64,000 nt of DNA from a virus (lineage: Duplodnaviria; Heunggongvirae; Uroviricota; Caudoviricetes): the IMG/VR virus record IMGVR_UViG_3300035494_000066; one strand, 5' to 3'. Both the position numbers and the translations under genes were made by a program. Below, in pieces: positions 7,059 through 15,376 of this stretch. The notes below the pieces were generated by a model. That model ran no database searches. It was not told where the DNA came from and saw only the letters and a list, made by a program, of their open reading frames with translations. Every line of letters begins with the position of its first letter. The first letter of the stretch is position 1.

Positions 7059-7700
7059 CTATTTACACGTGATCTTACTAATTTTTTCCACTATGCTTGA
7101 GTATGTAGAAGACGTGTACTCGGAGTCTACTAGATACGGTGTCTCGTATACTTGTACAATCTGTGTAGCTTGTGAAATAAATTGGTCAAACTCGTTAACG
7201 TCGCGGTTCAACATAGTGAATTCTTTGATTAGTTGTCTCAAGGTGTTGTTGTGCTTTACTAATACCTGTTCTAGTTCTTCGAGCTCAGGAAATTGATCCC
7301 AGCTTAGCTCGCTTAGTAATTCGGTAACATAGTGACAACTGTTTGCAACATATCCGTTTAAGAATCTTGACGTGTTCTTGAGTGCAACATTGCAATCTGA
7401 CAGTAAAGTTTCGACGTGTGTGTATTTTTGATCAACAACACGTTGCTTAGAAACAAAGTCTAACGCTACGTATCGGCTTAACATCTTCTTTGTTGTGCAG
7501 AACTTCTTTGTAATAGCTTGTTTAATTAGATCAGTTTTGCCGTCAATTGCATCCACTATTAGCGCAATCTGGTCCTGCTGTTTGACAATAATTGCAGTAG
7601 ATTGTTCAATTACCCGGTCACGTTTTGCAGTAGCAACGTTAATGGCTTCTTTTAGAGAATCAATTTCTGCAGCCGGGACTTTGCGCAAATCAACTTTCAT
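7059..7700 (-). CDS. hypothetical coiled-coil protein (213 aa)
   Basis: Long minus-strand ORF. No domain recognised. Confidence 0.5.
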   Translation of the reverse strand: MKVDLRKVPAAEIDSLKEAINVATAKRDRVIEQSTAIIVKQQDQIALIVDAIDGKTDLIKQAITKKFCTTKKMLSRYVALDFVSKQRVVDQKYTHVETLLSDCNVALKNTSRFLNGYVANSCHYVTELLSELSWDQFPELEELEQVLVKHNNTLRQLIKEFTMLNRDVNEFDQFISQATQIVQVYETPYLVDSEYTSSTYSSIVEKISKITCK

Positions 7701-8520
7701 GAAGTTTCCTTTTTGTGTTTAGTGACATCTGTACTATGGTGAAGTTGACTAGATGCTGAGTTAATCTTTTTGTTAGCAGTAACTTTAATCACTGACGTGT
7801 TAACAAGGACTACAGCAACAGCTATCATCGACGCAGCGTTAATAACAAATATCTCTAGTCCGTATAAAAATAGTTCCACAGCAGCTACTATCTGCTAATC
7901 AGTTGCGTAGTTAATTGTACACATTCGCTGCTAGTGTGTCAATTGAGACCCGGTGAGAGTGGCTCCGAATATAAAGTAGTCAGCGACGAACGTAAGTTCA
8001 GCACCGACGAAACTGATGCGTAGTACCTCCCTGAATAGTTCCACATCTGCTTAATTACAAACTACGCAACTATTACCCGGGCAGTGTAGGCAATGTTACT
8101 GAAGATTAGTGTCGACAGTAACGGTATTTCACTTGCACTAACGACAGCGGCATTATATAATGCCGCTGTCGTACACATAACTTACTTGTGCAGCTATTAA
8201 CACTGCGATATAGTAGTTGGTATACCGATGAATGAAGCGTACAATATGCGCAGTTATAAGCAGTCTGTACGCAACATACACAATGTTTGCAATCACTAAC
8301 TCCATGTTAGTCAGCAACGATACTTTCTTTGTATACAACTGGCTTACCGGTGTGTTGCATAAAGTCTACTAGGTTCCGGTAAGTTACTGGTGTAATTTGT
8401 TTTCGAAGTGCAGTTACTGCAGCTGTCATGTCGTCGCCGATAATCCATTCATACTCGCCGGTTTACCGACTTCTGATTTTCGAGACCAGCGCATTCAACC
8501 ACTCTGCCAACTTGCTAAAT

Positions 8521-8595
8521 TTGGCCTGCCTACCAGGACTCGAACCCGGATTAAAGGAGTAGAAATCCTCTGTGTTATCCGTTACACTATAGGCA
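8521..8595 (-). tRNA. tRNA-Arg (anticodon TCT)
   Basis: Hand fold. Acceptor ctgccta/taggcag, D gtgt/acac, anticodon arm gagga-tTTCTac-tcctt, T-arm ccgggttcgagtcctgg, CCA. Confidence 0.65.
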
Positions 8596-8825
8596 GGTGA
8601 AGTTTTACTTTGTGTGCTGTTTCCAGCGATTTAAATCTCGGAGCAGTTTATCTGCTCGATCAAATACATTTTGTAACATTAACCGTTCGTAGTCAGTTGG
8701 GTCATAACTAGGCGTGCCAACTGTTTCTTCTACTACCGCAGATCGAAGTTCTGCAATTTGAAGCAGCTTGTTGTCAATCCAACTTGTAGTATGGATGCTC
8801 ATTATTACTACTCCTTTTTAATGTA

Positions 8826-8911
8826 TGGTACCGATGAACGGACTCGAACTGTTACGCTATCTCTAGCAGAAGATTTTGAATCTCCTGTGTCTACCATTCC
8901 ACCACATCGGC
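8826..8911 (-). tRNA. tRNA-Leu (anticodon CAA), type II
   Basis: 86 nt. Acceptor gccgatg/catcggt, 3-bp D stem, anticodon arm ggaga-tTCAAaa-tcttc, 15-nt variable arm, T-arm aacagttcgagtccgtt, CCA. Confidence 0.6.
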
Positions 8912-9005
8912 ATAGTATGCGTTTTTACTTATCAGCGTAAGGCCGCACCCCCTGCTAATGAACTTTTTTAACGTAGTGTTCGTCTACGTTCACGGGCGTG
9001 TTGTT

Positions 9006-9186
9006 TGGTGCAAACGACGGGACTCGAACCCGCAATTACAGTTAACAAGGGCATTACTCCTTGCTAGTACAAGATTGGAAAAGCAGTCATCCCGCCTTGA
9101 AACCATGCTCCTGTGCTACTCGCTGTTAGGATTTTACTCCTCACTGTCCTTTTTCAGTGTGCGTATGCCATTTCCGCCACGTTTGC
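9006..9186 (-). ncRNA. tRNA-like RNA: canonical T-arm and 3' acceptor half with CCA, plus a matching 5' acceptor strand 181 nt away (insert of ~105 nt)
   Basis: 3' part gcgggttcgagtcccgt-cgtttgc-a-cca at 9006-9035. The complementary gcaaacg lies at 9180-9186. The interior contains a hairpin cactg-aaaaagga-cagtg. Confidence 0.3.
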
Positions 9187-9196
9187 ATGTTAAAAT

Positions 9197-9270
9197 TGGT
9201 GGGTCTGCCTGGAATCGAACCAGGACCGAGCGGTTATGAGCCGCCTGCTCGACCGTCAAGCTACAGACCC
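9197..9270 (-). tRNA. tRNA with CAT anticodon (Met elongator or Ile2-type; 1:72 paired)
   Basis: Hand fold. Acceptor gggtctg/cagaccc, D gctt/gagc, anticodon arm ggcgg-cTCATaa-ccgct, T-arm cctggttcgattccagg, CCA. Confidence 0.65.
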
Positions 9271-9963
9271 TTAAACTTTATTACTTGCGTAGTATACGCA
9301 TTTTTATTTATTATGTCAAGTATTTTTACATCACACTATACAAGCAGGCGTCTTAGCTGCTCTAGTATTAAAGTAACACCGCATTCTAGACCAACTCGGT
9401 ATAGTTACTTCCTAGACTTCTCTAGTTGACACAATACATGGTCATATAACTGATCGTGTTATATCGCGTCATGTCACTTGCTGTGTGCCGCAGCTATACA
9501 ATGTGATGTAAAAATACGCCTCGCGAAGCGTCACTAGTACCAATTTATCCAGTGATCTCATCTACACCAATGGAGGTCACTGTGATCCGGTGGTAATCGC
9601 CATATGCCTGATCCTGTATTAGGGCACCTGGTTTTACTGGGTTGTAGTTGCCGGTGCTGATCTCCGGCTTGCTGGTTGTGACATCTTAGGTTCCGTTTCA
9701 AACCATACAGCGCTGTATGTACGCGGTTCCCAGCGGCAGTCGGGCCAGCGACCATCTCAAGTCTTGAGATTCTTCGTGCGAGGATAAGTCGCACTTCATC
9801 TCGCGCATCAGCCTGCGCATTTACTACAACTAGAAGCATACTGCTGTTAGTGCTTGTATCGTCCGCACTCTTATACTCAGACAGTCTGCCGCTGCTCTCA
9901 CACCAACTCGCGTATTCTGGCGCAACAGCAATATGCTTGTAGTTTTAGTAAAATACAGTAATC

Positions 9964-10040
9964 TGGTGCCAGTAGTGGGATTCGAACCCACACTTTACAG
10001 AATCTCGACCTGCTACCTCTGCCAATTGGGCTATACTGGC
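9964..10040 (-). tRNA. tRNA-like (type undetermined; possibly degenerate or Leu-GAG-like)
   Basis: Perfect acceptor gccagta/tactggc, T-arm gtgggttcgaatcccac and CCA. D and anticodon arms fold poorly by hand. Confidence 0.35.
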
Positions 10041-10056
10041 TATCTCTTATATTGTT

Positions 10057-10085
10057 ATTGTATTTTCTATGTGCTTTTGTGTCAA
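10057..10085 (-). promoter_or_regulatory. sigma70-like promoter TTGACA-17-TACAAT directed into the tRNA-like element at 10040
   Basis: Minus-strand reading gTTGACAcaaaagcacatagaaaaTACAATaac. Consensus -35 box with 17-bp spacer. Confidence 0.5.
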
Positions 10086-10633
10086 CTACTTTTTGAGAGT
10101 TTTTACTGTTTCTTTTAGCTCGCATTCTTTAATTTTACGGATTGTAATGTAAGCTCCATAAATCATTACTGCTGACATAAACACAATCCCAGCGACACTA
10201 GGAATTACAGTCGACAACGTGTATGGATCGATATTTGGCATAGTTAGTCCTGTTGCAGGTTAGTATAATTTCAGAATGGAAGAATTAGCGCAACAATTGT
10301 GGAATTATACTTGCCTTTGTGCTTAGAGTAGCCTTTTTTAATAGCCTTTTTCTTATCAGTATGTGTAACGGCTTTGTTGTACTTTAATGCATTCTTTGCA
10401 ACGTAGTTTCTGTTATTCATCGTCTATCTCGTTTTTATTTTCTTTTTTGCTATGTTGCTGCTTGAGCTCGTGTGCTTGTTTGATCACTGATGCCTCGCAC
10501 GAAACGTTGATATCTCGCAGTCGAAAACCGCATGCTTGAATGTAGTTAATAGCAGTCCTGTAGTCCATTTGCAGCTCCGTTTAGTTTCTTATTTACCTGA
10601 ATATTATAGCAGAAACAGACTACAGGTCAACCT

Positions 10634-11080
10634 TTAATGTGATTTTTTCTCTTCGTCGTAGACACGTTTCCGCAGTGATGACGAACTAAACGAATGTTCG
10701 CGATCATTGAACACACACTTGTCCATGTGACCTGAGATGTCTTTGCCTGTAAAGTGCTTGGTTTTGTATTCATCGCCAAGAATACGAACATCATAGTCTA
10801 AGCACAGCAACAAGTCGTGCAAATCCTTCTCTGTGTGGTACACAATTGTGTGGTCTACATAACGTGAGGATGCTACTTGTATTTGGCGCTCAACGATCGA
10901 CTGTACTGGCTTATTCTTTGACGGACGATCTGCACTCGGGTCAATTTGGATTGCTACAATCAAATAGTCACAATGTTTCTTTGCGTCCCGGAACATCAAG
11001 TGATGCCCTGCATGACACAGGTCAAACGCACCAGCAGTAATGCCTACAGTCAAATTCTGTCTATTAGGAATGTCGATCAT
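10634..11080 (-). CDS. cytidylyltransferase-family nucleotidyltransferase (TagD / RfaE domain II-like, HxGH)
   Basis: GAFDLCHAGHHLMF (HxGH), DYLIVAIQID, ILGDEY and a C-terminal SSSSLR motif resemble glycerol-3-phosphate cytidylyltransferase. 148 aa. Confidence 0.6.
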   Translation of the reverse strand: MIDIPNRQNLTVGITAGAFDLCHAGHHLMFRDAKKHCDYLIVAIQIDPSADRPSKNKPVQSIVERQIQVASSRYVDHTIVYHTEKDLHDLLLCLDYDVRILGDEYKTKHFTGKDISGHMDKCVFNDREHSFSSSSLRKRVYDEEKKSH

Positions 11081-11409
11081 AAGTCTCTCTCATATTTTTC
11101 AAAAATAGCGATGAACACCAAGTCATCAGAGCTGCTATCGTTGTATACACGGTGGAAAGCGCCATCAGGTATCATAAAAAGAGAACCGCTCTCAACTTGG
11201 TAGAAATCGTTGTCGATTTGTATGCGGCCTGTCCCGGAATGAAAGATGTAAACCTCTTCAAGCCCTGGATGAGAGTGGCCGCGTGTCTGCATCTCAGGAT
11301 GCAATGTTGTTTTTGATACTGTTAGATGATTTAGGAACGTGTTATCTTCGAGTAAGTAAGTCTCGTTGTCTTTGATAACGGTTCCGTTTAAGTTTTGGAT
11401 TGATGTCAT
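11077..11409 (-). CDS. cupin-domain protein (110 aa)
   Basis: GHSHPGLEEVYIFHSGTGRI cupin motif. Start overlaps the upstream gene stop by 4 nt (coupled). Confidence 0.55.
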   Translation of the reverse strand: MTSIQNLNGTVIKDNETYLLEDNTFLNHLTVSKTTLHPEMQTRGHSHPGLEEVYIFHSGTGRIQIDNDFYQVESGSLFMIPDGAFHRVYNDSSSDDLVFIAIFEKYERDL

Positions 11410-11439
11410 ATTAATTGTGTATTATCTTTTTACCCGATA

Positions 11440-12075
11440 CTAAAGTATACTGCTTAGGAAAAGCTGGATATCCAGCTTTTCCTTAGAGCTTGCAGCAACT
11501 ATCTCAATAACCCGGGCGCGACCAACTACTCGCCCGCCGATTTTAAAGCATACACCGCGGTCAGTTTTTTCGATTGCAATTGGAGTTTTACGAGGGTTGC
11601 TGCCGCGGCTGTAAATGGTCATAGCAGCCGAACCGCCTTTTTGTACAGCTTCTTTCACAGCATTAACTGCAGCAGCAGCCTGCTTTGCACCAACTTCTAC
11701 ATCTGCATCAATTGCAGCTTGTTCAGCGTCACGCGCTGCAGCGTATTCGGCTTCTTTTTTAGCCCGGAACTCTGCATGCATTTTGCCTAGCTTGTCTAAG
11801 TCAATTGCTGCTGCAACTTCGGTGATTTCTTTAACTGCGTCAGCAAAATAAGAATATGCTTCAACATCGGACTCTACTTCTTTAGTGTCGCGTCCACCGG
11901 AAGAAACTGAAATTTCACAAGACCATTTCTCATCGCCGAACCCTACTGGACGAATATACAACCGGATCACGTCCGACCAAAAGCCTTTTACTTTTACTGA
12001 AACAGTTGGACGGGATTCAACAAGTTCTTCGTAGCTCGGAACAGAGTAAGAGTAGTTGTTGCTCATTTCTATCAC
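11440..12075 (-). CDS. hypothetical protein with Ala/Glu-rich central region (211 aa)
   Basis: Minus-strand ORF preceded by the TATAAT-leader promoter motif at 12083-12105. Confidence 0.5.
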   Translation of the reverse strand: MIEMSNNYSYSVPSYEELVESRPTVSVKVKGFWSDVIRLYIRPVGFGDEKWSCEISVSSGGRDTKEVESDVEAYSYFADAVKEITEVAAAIDLDKLGKMHAEFRAKKEAEYAAARDAEQAAIDADVEVGAKQAAAAVNAVKEAVQKGGSAAMTIYSRGSNPRKTPIAIEKTDRGVCFKIGGRVVGRARVIEIVAASSKEKLDIQLFLSSIL

Positions 12076-12144
12076 CTCAGTCGCTTAACTTATGCTTGTA
12101 TTATAGCACCGAGTGATACGAATGCAAGTGGTTTTTGCAATTAT

Positions 12145-12414
12145 CTAATTCTTTTCAACTAACTCAAGCAGTACGGATAGTCCGTGTGGGTTAGTTCCGT
12201 GCACAGTCCAGCGCTGACTTATGTCGTTAACGTTAATGCGGGCGTCTAACTCGTACGACACACTGTCAGACATTGTTACAACAAGCTTACAATATGCATT
12301 GTCGACTTTTTGAAACCCAGAAACATTAACGCTGTTGATTGTTAGCTCAGGACTGGTTGGCTTTCTTCTTTTGTACCAACTTTGCGGCATTACTTTAAAT
12401 GTGTATTCGGACAT
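12145..12414 (-). CDS. hypothetical protein (89 aa)
   Basis: Minus-strand ORF in the gene array. Confidence 0.4.
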   Translation of the reverse strand: MSEYTFKVMPQSWYKRRKPTSPELTINSVNVSGFQKVDNAYCKLVVTMSDSVSYELDARINVNDISQRWTVHGTNPHGLSVLLELVEKN

Positions 12415-12432
12415 TTAGTACCTTGTACAGCA

Positions 12433-12780
12433 CTACAACACCTTTAGTAATTTGAGTGCGTTTTTAGTTAATTGAACGTATGTGTAGTTTGTCGAGTACG
12501 GCTTGAACCCGTTGTACCGCTTCGTGGGAGAACTGAGTGATTCTCGTATACGGACTAAGTATCCTGTTTTGATTAGTTTTTGGAAATCTGCATCTCGGTT
12601 AATGACAAAGCAGTATCTGCGATTAACGGGTATTCGGAGATCACGACCGTAATCGTTAATGAACTTGAGTATAGCGTAGCGTCGAGGTTGACCCGACGAC
12701 ATTTGGCATATTTTGCGAAACGCTTCTGCTTTTGTTTCAACATGTATCGATTGGTTGAATGTCTTTTGCAAGTGCTTCAT
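12433..12780 (-). CDS. hypothetical basic protein (115 aa)
   Basis: Minus-strand ORF. Lys/Arg-rich. Confidence 0.4.
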   Translation of the reverse strand: MKHLQKTFNQSIHVETKAEAFRKICQMSSGQPRRYAILKFINDYGRDLRIPVNRRYCFVINRDADFQKLIKTGYLVRIRESLSSPTKRYNGFKPYSTNYTYVQLTKNALKLLKVL

Positions 12781-12794
12781 ACTATACTCGAAAT

Positions 12795-12870
12795 TGGCAG
12801 GTCGGGCGAGATTCGAACTCGCAACCTTGGTGTTTGGAGCACCCTGTTCTGCCGTTGGAACTACCGACCT
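12795..12870 (-). tRNA. tRNA-Trp (anticodon CCA)
   Basis: Hand fold. Acceptor aggtcgg/ccgacct, D gttc/gaac, anticodon loop cTCCAaa, T-arm gcgagttcgaatctcgc, CCA. Confidence 0.65.
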
Positions 12871-13057
12871 ATTTTTCTGTTATATCGAACTGACGCGTAG
12901 TATTTACACGTCTTAGCATACGAACTGTCGCTGTGACAGCTGTAATCTGCTTTAATGCACAACCCGTTTCGTGTAGTGCCCCAGTCCTTTATGCGAATAA
13001 AGTTAGTGCAGTTCCCACATGTTCTTCCAGTTGGCATATACATTTACTCTAAAATTG

Positions 13058-13131
13058 GCAGGGGTACCAAGAATTGAACTTGGACCACTGGAGTCAAAGG
13101 CCAGTGCTCTACCATTAAGCTATACCCCTAA
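13058..13131 (-). tRNA. tRNA-Gln (anticodon TTG)
   Basis: Hand fold. Acceptor aggggta/tacccct, D gctt/gagc, anticodon loop cTTTGac, T-arm ccaagttcaattcttgg, CCA. Confidence 0.65.
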
Positions 13132-13136
13132 ATTTG

Positions 13137-13211
13137 GAGGCGTGTGTGGGAATCTAACCCACAAAAACATGATTTGCAGTCATGCCCGTTAACATTCCGG
13201 CAACACGCCAA
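13137..13211 (-). tRNA. tRNA-Cys (anticodon GCA), U73
   Basis: Hand fold. Acceptor ggcgtgt/acacgcc, anticodon arm catga-cTGCAaa-tcatg, T-arm gtgggttagattcccac, discriminator T, CCA. Confidence 0.6.
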
Positions 13212-13356
13212 TAAAAAAGTCCTCGAGTATTTCTACCGGAGGACTTGTTACTATAACAAGTGTTACAGAATCAAATCCTCTAGAGACATACAGCACCATT
13301 GTTGTCGTTGTGTATTGCTATTGTGTTGCATGTCTTGTACTCCTCAGTATGTATAT

Positions 13357-13385
13357 AGTATATTTATCTCTTACGTTCTTGTCAA
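13357..13385 (-). promoter_or_regulatory. sigma70-like promoter TTGACA-17-TATACT upstream of the Cys/Gln/Trp tRNA island
   Basis: Minus strand cagTTGACAagaacgtaagagataaaTATACTata. Confidence 0.5.
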
Positions 13386-13909
13386 CTGGTTATTTTTGGT
13401 TTGTCGACAATAAAATTTGCATATCGAGTTAAAAATCCTCTTAAACAGTCAAGCCTAGCCTGCGTTTTAGTCTGACTATCTGCTACTAGCACGTCGACAG
13501 GAACAGAAACTTGTCCTACTTGGAACAGCTCGTCTGCTAATTCTTTAGATTCTTTAAGACCTTTTCCAGACACTGACCGAATTGATTTAATTAATGTTAC
13601 TTTATCTAAGCCAGCAGCCCGGCGAGCATCGCAGCGCTTATTGTATTCGTCCCCGCGGGTACCCCCGTCGCAGAACGCTTCTGGGACCTTTAAGCGGATC
13701 GTATCGTCTGATCCTATACCTAGTCTGTATGTAGATGATAGTGCAGCCATTAGATACGTGTCGATAACTGTAATGTCGTACCGGTTTACTACTTCTTCGA
13801 TTTCTTGCAAGATTCTTAGAGTAGTATCCGCTGACTCGGTAAGTGCATCGAGCTCCGACTTAAGCCAGTGTATTAAGACGGTATTCTCAAATGATTTCAT
13901 ATAAGGCAC
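13382..13909 (-). CDS. protein with C-terminal ribosomal L7/L12 C-terminal-domain-like region (175 aa), paralogue 1
   Basis: DKVTLIKSIRSVSGKGLKESKELADELFQVGQVSVPV aligns with the bL12 CTD core (vIKavRgaTGLGLKEAKdLVE). Paralogous to 13927-14427. Confidence 0.55.
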   Translation of the reverse strand: MPYMKSFENTVLIHWLKSELDALTESADTTLRILQEIEEVVNRYDITVIDTYLMAALSSTYRLGIGSDDTIRLKVPEAFCDGGTRGDEYNKRCDARRAAGLDKVTLIKSIRSVSGKGLKESKELADELFQVGQVSVPVDVLVADSQTKTQARLDCLRGFLTRYANFIVDKPKITS

Positions 13910-13926
13910 TCTCCTTAATAATTATC

Positions 13927-14427
13927 TTAATGTACACTGACAATAAACTGTTTAAACTGTTGATTAAACTCTCGGATAGCAGCAAGGTATTCAGTTACAT
14001 CTTCTAGTGACATTGTGAGCTGTGTTGCAGGTATTGATATCGAAGTTGATTTGCGAATCATCAATTCGTCTACTGAATTTTTTGCATCTTTAAGCAAAAC
14101 TCTAGAAACTTGTCTGATAGCTTTTATCATGCGTACACGATCTATGCCTAGATCAGATAACTTGCTGTATAGACCCTGACGCACTGCTAGTTGCTGCAGC
14201 AGAACTTCGATGTCTGCTGGCAATGCTAAATCGATTTGCACAGCAGATCCTTTGCCGGTTGAAAATTGATCAGTTAATACTGCTGCTACATAGCCACTGA
14301 TAAAAGTAATGTCGTACTTGTTTAAGGTGCATTCGATGTCGTTAAGAAGATCATGTACGTTTACAGTTCCGCCAGAGATTCCGTTAACAAGCCAGTTGAT
14401 GGCAATTGTATTATTGAGCGGTTTCAT
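13927..14427 (-). CDS. protein with L7/L12 CTD-like region (166 aa), paralogue 2
   Basis: Shares NKYDITFISGYVAAVL and RVRMIKAIRQVSRVLLKDAKNSVDEL blocks with the upstream paralogue. Confidence 0.5.
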   Translation of the reverse strand: MKPLNNTIAINWLVNGISGGTVNVHDLLNDIECTLNKYDITFISGYVAAVLTDQFSTGKGSAVQIDLALPADIEVLLQQLAVRQGLYSKLSDLGIDRVRMIKAIRQVSRVLLKDAKNSVDELMIRKSTSISIPATQLTMSLEDVTEYLAAIREFNQQFKQFIVSVH

Positions 14428-14453
14428 ACCTAACCCCAGATAGTTAAGTTAGA

Positions 14454-14708
14454 TTACTGTTGACTCTGACTCAGTAATGCTAACATAGCATATTCCTCCG
14501 GAGCCTTGCATAAATTAGTTCGATATACGTTAGCTTGCTCAGACCAGGTATTAGTGACTCGCTCTACGCGAACCGTTTTCGGATTAAACTTAACAATCCT
14601 GCCGATGTCTAAGCATCTAGAATATGGAGGCGTGTACACAACCAAGTCGCCGACACTAATGTCTTGTCCTAGCATGTCAGTCATTGGATATTCTACATTA
14701 GTAGCCAT
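14454..14708 (-). CDS. hypothetical protein (84 aa)
   Basis: Minus-strand ORF downstream of a TTGACA-17-TATAAT promoter at 14734-14762. Confidence 0.45.
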   Translation of the reverse strand: MATNVEYPMTDMLGQDISVGDLVVYTPPYSRCLDIGRIVKFNPKTVRVERVTNTWSEQANVYRTNLCKAPEEYAMLALLSQSQQ

Positions 14709-14733
14709 TGGGGTTCTCCTTGTGTAATACGTA

Positions 14734-14762
14734 TATTATACACGACTAGCAGAGTGTGTCAA
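14734..14762 (-). promoter_or_regulatory. sigma70-like promoter TTGACA-17-TATAAT
   Basis: Minus strand gagTTGACAcactctgctagtcgtgTATAATata. Confidence 0.5.
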
Positions 14763-15373
14763 CTCCGACAGCGAATTAAATCTTTATTTTTGAAATAGTC
14801 AACAACCACAGACCATGGCGCACTGTAAAGACTGCTGTTTTTGGACACACGGAGTGAAATGGTCCAACGGTCGGATCGGCTAGGGTAAACTGTGTGTAAC
14901 TCGCGGATATTAACAAGCACAGGGCTAGTACCAATAATACACTCGTCGACTAGATCATCTTTGCAAACATCGGCGATGTCCACTTCGCCGAAGTAATAGC
15001 TGTCTAGATTTGATGTGTTTAGTTTGTACTGTTCGCCGCTGAACCATGCCATCACTGAGGTGCACTCCTTGCTTGTCCAGTTGATTGCAAATGTTATATC
15101 GTCTGCGGGACTAGCATCAGTGTGTATAGTGTGATCAAACTGTCCGGCTTCTCTGTAAAAGATTACACACGAGTCAACATCTAGGCCTAAGTTTGACATG
15201 TAAGAAAGCCACTCTGGCTTTAGTAAGCTGTCAAGGAGACGGCCGTGGTATTTCCATACATAAAGGCCGTCTGTGTGCTCTGCTGCAGATTCGAGCAGTT
15301 TAGGTAAAGAAAAGTCGTCGACGAATGCATTCGACACGTCAGTTTTTACATCGTACCACATGTGATCGGGCAT
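14759..15373 (-). CDS. putative 2OG-Fe(II) oxygenase superfamily protein (AlkB/TET-like HxD...H...RxxxSxR), 204 aa
   Basis: HTIHTD (HxD), then ELHTVY (distal His), then DRWTISLR resembling the AlkB RxNxTxR 2OG-binding motif. Confidence 0.4.
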   Translation of the reverse strand: MPDHMWYDVKTDVSNAFVDDFSLPKLLESAAEHTDGLYVWKYHGRLLDSLLKPEWLSYMSNLGLDVDSCVIFYREAGQFDHTIHTDASPADDITFAINWTSKECTSVMAWFSGEQYKLNTSNLDSYYFGEVDIADVCKDDLVDECIIGTSPVLVNIRELHTVYPSRSDRWTISLRVSKNSSLYSAPWSVVVDYFKNKDLIRCRS

Positions 15374-15376
15374 TAT

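Noticed and set aside
9006-10040. tmRNA (ssrA) gene
   Set aside because: tRNA-like ends are present. No tag-peptide reading frame ending in ...AA-stop was found, and no pseudoknot-sized body. The spans are too short (77 and 181 nt).
8397-10125. Short ORFs on both strands in the second tRNA island: 8397-8600 (+), 8958-9239 (+), 9157-9429 (+), 9558-9839 (-), 9898-10125 (-) and 9933-10118 (+)
   Set aside because: They overlap tRNA or tRNA-like elements or the GC-rich spacer. They are mutually overlapping and lack RBS context. The region is better explained as non-coding RNA genes.
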